Part shown: positions 61,353 to 64,000 of the stretch, piece by piece
Layout: each line of letters starts with the position of its first letter
How positions within the stretch are numbered: the stretch's first letter is position 1
Assembly (NCBI GenBank): GCA_043228905.1
Contig: JBHGNT010000005.1
Location: forward strand, 15,562,001 to 15,626,000
DNA: 64,000 nt
Direction: 5' to 3'
Source of the DNA: Azolla caroliniana
Taxonomy: Eukaryota; Plantae; Polypodiophyta
Program-made: the position numbers and the translations under genes
The notes under the pieces: generated by a model
What the model was told of the DNA's origin: nothing
Databases searched by the model: none
What the model saw: only the letters and a program-made list of their open reading frames with translations

Positions 61353-64000
61353 TCACACACGTATAGACAAAGAAGAGCACGGTGACGCGGCCCAACAACA
61401 CAAGAGACACGAGTTGGGAACACTTTCGTATGTATATAAATGTATGTAGACGACTTGAACGGTTACAGCCGATCAGGTCGGCGAGATGGATGCCGTCGCC
61501 TGATCACCCACGCACACAGGAGAGGAAGATGGAGATTCTGCCGAAAGCACACGGGCGTTCCACGGAGCAGAATCAGCCTCCTGAGAACTTGTGCAAAAGA
61601 AAGCTATGGAGAACGACAGAGAAGAAGAGCTCGGTTCCAGTCCGACAACACTTCGTTCCTTCTAGCACGGGATATCTTCTTTCCCCCGTCTCCCTCTCTT
61701 TTATAGCTCAAGGAGGGAGGCCGTTTCACCCGTTTACATCACATTAATTCTCTGTCCTTTCAGACAGAGATACTCCTCGATTTCCCTTATAGAATATTGC
61801 TACCTAGGATTTATCCTTTGTGCCTACCTATCTACTATACGACAAGGGACGTGCCCACGTGTAAGGGCCGGTTCACACACACTATACACGGTTTTCACCT
61901 GGGGACGGTTTTCTTCACGACATCTGCCCCCACCTAACCACGCATCCACCGGTATGCGCCAAAATTGGGTTCCTATGGGAGAAAACCGATCCTTGCTTTT
62001 ATTCCTAGTTTACCGGTTCATCCTCTGCCTTGGGCTGCTCGTCGTCGCTGTCCATGCCCCCTAGCCCCGGCTCCCCGTCGTGCTGTTTCTTGAACGCTTT
62101 GATCCTCTTACCCGCTACCGGTATCGCCATTCTCGTACCGTTGAGCTCCGCGAGATGGTACGTCCCATTGCCGTTGGCGCTTGTTACTACGTAAGGCCCG
62201 AACCACCTCCTCGCAAACTTCCGCGTGGCCCTGTGCTAATTGTCGCGGCTGCTGTCGTAGACTAGCACCCAGTCGCCTTCCTTGATCATCCTTGGCCTGA
62301 ACCGGTGTGTTCAGTCGAACCGGGCTTTGTTCCTTATCCTCGCTACCCGAAGTTTCTCCGCGGCTTGCTCTACGTCCTCCGGCCTCCGCTCGAGCTGTCG
62401 AATCCGCGCCGCCAAAAGTTCCTCCCGTCTCATCTCATCCTTCCAGTCCACCGTGGCCCACGAGGAGATCGTTCGCTCTGTTAGCATGATCGGCTTCTGT
62501 CCGAACATCAGCTCGGTCGGCATGAACCCGGTTACCGAACTGTGCGTAGTTCGGTCCGCCCACAAGGCATAAGGTAGCAGCCGTGGCCAGTTCCCGACTC
62601 GGCCTTCGCACGCCCGTACTAGCGCTTTGACAATTGGCCCGTGTCCTCGCTCCACCTTCCCGTTCGCCTCCGGATTGTACGCTGTGGTGAGCGAAAGTTT
62701 GACTCCTAGCCGGTCGAACAACTCTTCGGCCTCTTCTGCGTCCAACTCACCACGGTCAGCCACGATCTTCCCTACGCACCCGTATCGGCATACTACGTCC
62801 TCAATCAAAAACTGGCACACGGCTGCCGTCGTTTTGTTCTGCAGGGCTCGGCTTTCAACCTAGTTCGTTAGATCTTCCTGAGCCAGCACCAGATACCGCA
62901 TCTGTCCTACCCCCATTGGCATCGTCACCAAATCCACCATCCACTTGAAGTGGACGGTCGGAGGGTAGGTCGGGTGAAGCTCGTCCCGATGTCGGATCAT
63001 GGAGTGCACCTGATAGCTTTCGCAAGTCGTCACGAACCGATGCACGTCCCGGTATAGTCCCGGCCACCAGTACTTCCCCTTTAGCTTTTCAAACGTGGCT
63101 CACGTTCCACGGTGTCCAGCCCACGGGCTATCGTGGTACGCCGCCAACAAATCCTCATGTTCCTCCTTCTTCGCCACCACTCGGAGCGGGATGTCGTTCC
63201 TCTTCTTCGGGTGCTTCCATATGTATCTGTACCGGAGAAAGAATCGGTAGGCTTTCTTTTGAATCCGGTTGGCCTCGTTCGTTGTCCATGCCGTGTCCAG
63301 TGTCATTGTTTTCAGGAACCCGCCGATCTGCAGCCACTCCCCGTCGTACTTGCTCTCGTCGAAATCGTTAAGCGTTGGAGAGCATTCCATGCCAGTTGTT
63401 ACATAAGCCGCCTCGAAGAAGTCCACGCCGACTTCCTCGTCCTCTGAAACCATGCCGCCCTCGTTTTCGAATCTCACCCTTGAAAGCATGTCGGCCATGG
63501 CATTATCTTTCCTGGAAATGTGTCGTATTTCTGGATTCAGGGACTTGATATACACTATCCACCTGAGCATTGCCAGGTCCGACGTCGCGCATCCGGAAAC
63601 CATGCCAAGGATCGGCAAGTAGTCCGTCTTGATAATTACCTCTGTCCCGATCAGGTAGTCTTTATCGGCCTTTACCGCCGAAATGATACCCTAGAGCTCG
63701 CGTTTAACCTAGGCGTATCCTCGCTATCGCTCGCTGAGGACCTTCGCGCCGAACCGGATCGGGGAACGCATGCCGTCCTCATCCTCTTGGTTGACGACCC
63801 ATCCGATCCCGGTCGGACTCGTGTCTACCGTTACGTAAATTGGAGTGCTCTTTCCGTAGACAGCCTTTCGGAGTGCTGGAGCCGCGGCAAGCGCTTCCTT
63901 CATCTTCCGGACAGACTCCGTATGCTCGTCTCTCCACTCGAATTTTTGCCCCTTTTTCAGCAACCCATATAACGGCTCCGCGACATGAGCGTAATGCGGG
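61244..64000 (-). mobile_element. 3' part of a pol-bearing gypsy related to the gag-only family; 3' LTR 61244-61922, PPT, degenerate RH-INT
   Basis: The LTR termini TGTCGCGTCGTTACGCGCG...CTTCACGACA and the PPT-adjacent 45 bp match the 52508 element. RH VTVDTSPTGIGW and INT KWMVDLVTMP, ADRGELD, YNPEANGKVERGH are present with several stops. Confidence 0.9.

Overview
This is eukaryotic DNA, most likely from a non-seed land plant such as a fern, lycophyte or bryophyte (inferred from Tcn1-type chromoviruses, RTE-X-type LINEs and a tRNA-Trp-primed gypsy lineage). The window is a nested retrotransposon stack around one host gene, a two-exon DOMINO1/EMB514-like DCL (DUF3223) gene on the minus strand (27828-31205). 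Elements with both ends and target-site duplications (TSDs) are three Ty1/copia copies (4115-9363, 11789-17200, 31495-36665), an Athila/Tat-like gypsy (46418-60811), a young pol-less gag-only gypsy with an intact 1357-aa ORF (52508-57984) and a solo LTR (28629-28955). Fragments of other copia, gypsy and LINE elements fill much of the rest. The most unusual signals concern how the elements prime reverse transcription or carry RNA modules. (1) The Athila-like element has no polypurine tract (PPT); a tRNA-Arg 3'-end copy sits in its place, so both LTR-internal junctions look like primer-binding sites (PBS). (2) Two Tcn1-like LTRs carry an antisense tRNA-like A/B-box module at the start of U3. (3) One Tcn1-like element shows a clean Tf1-type self-priming signature. 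(4) A tRNA-Trp-primed family with a 4-bp TSD is present as a pol-bearing copy and two gag-only copies with a repeat-expanded ORF. All calls were made by reading the sequence; no searches were run.
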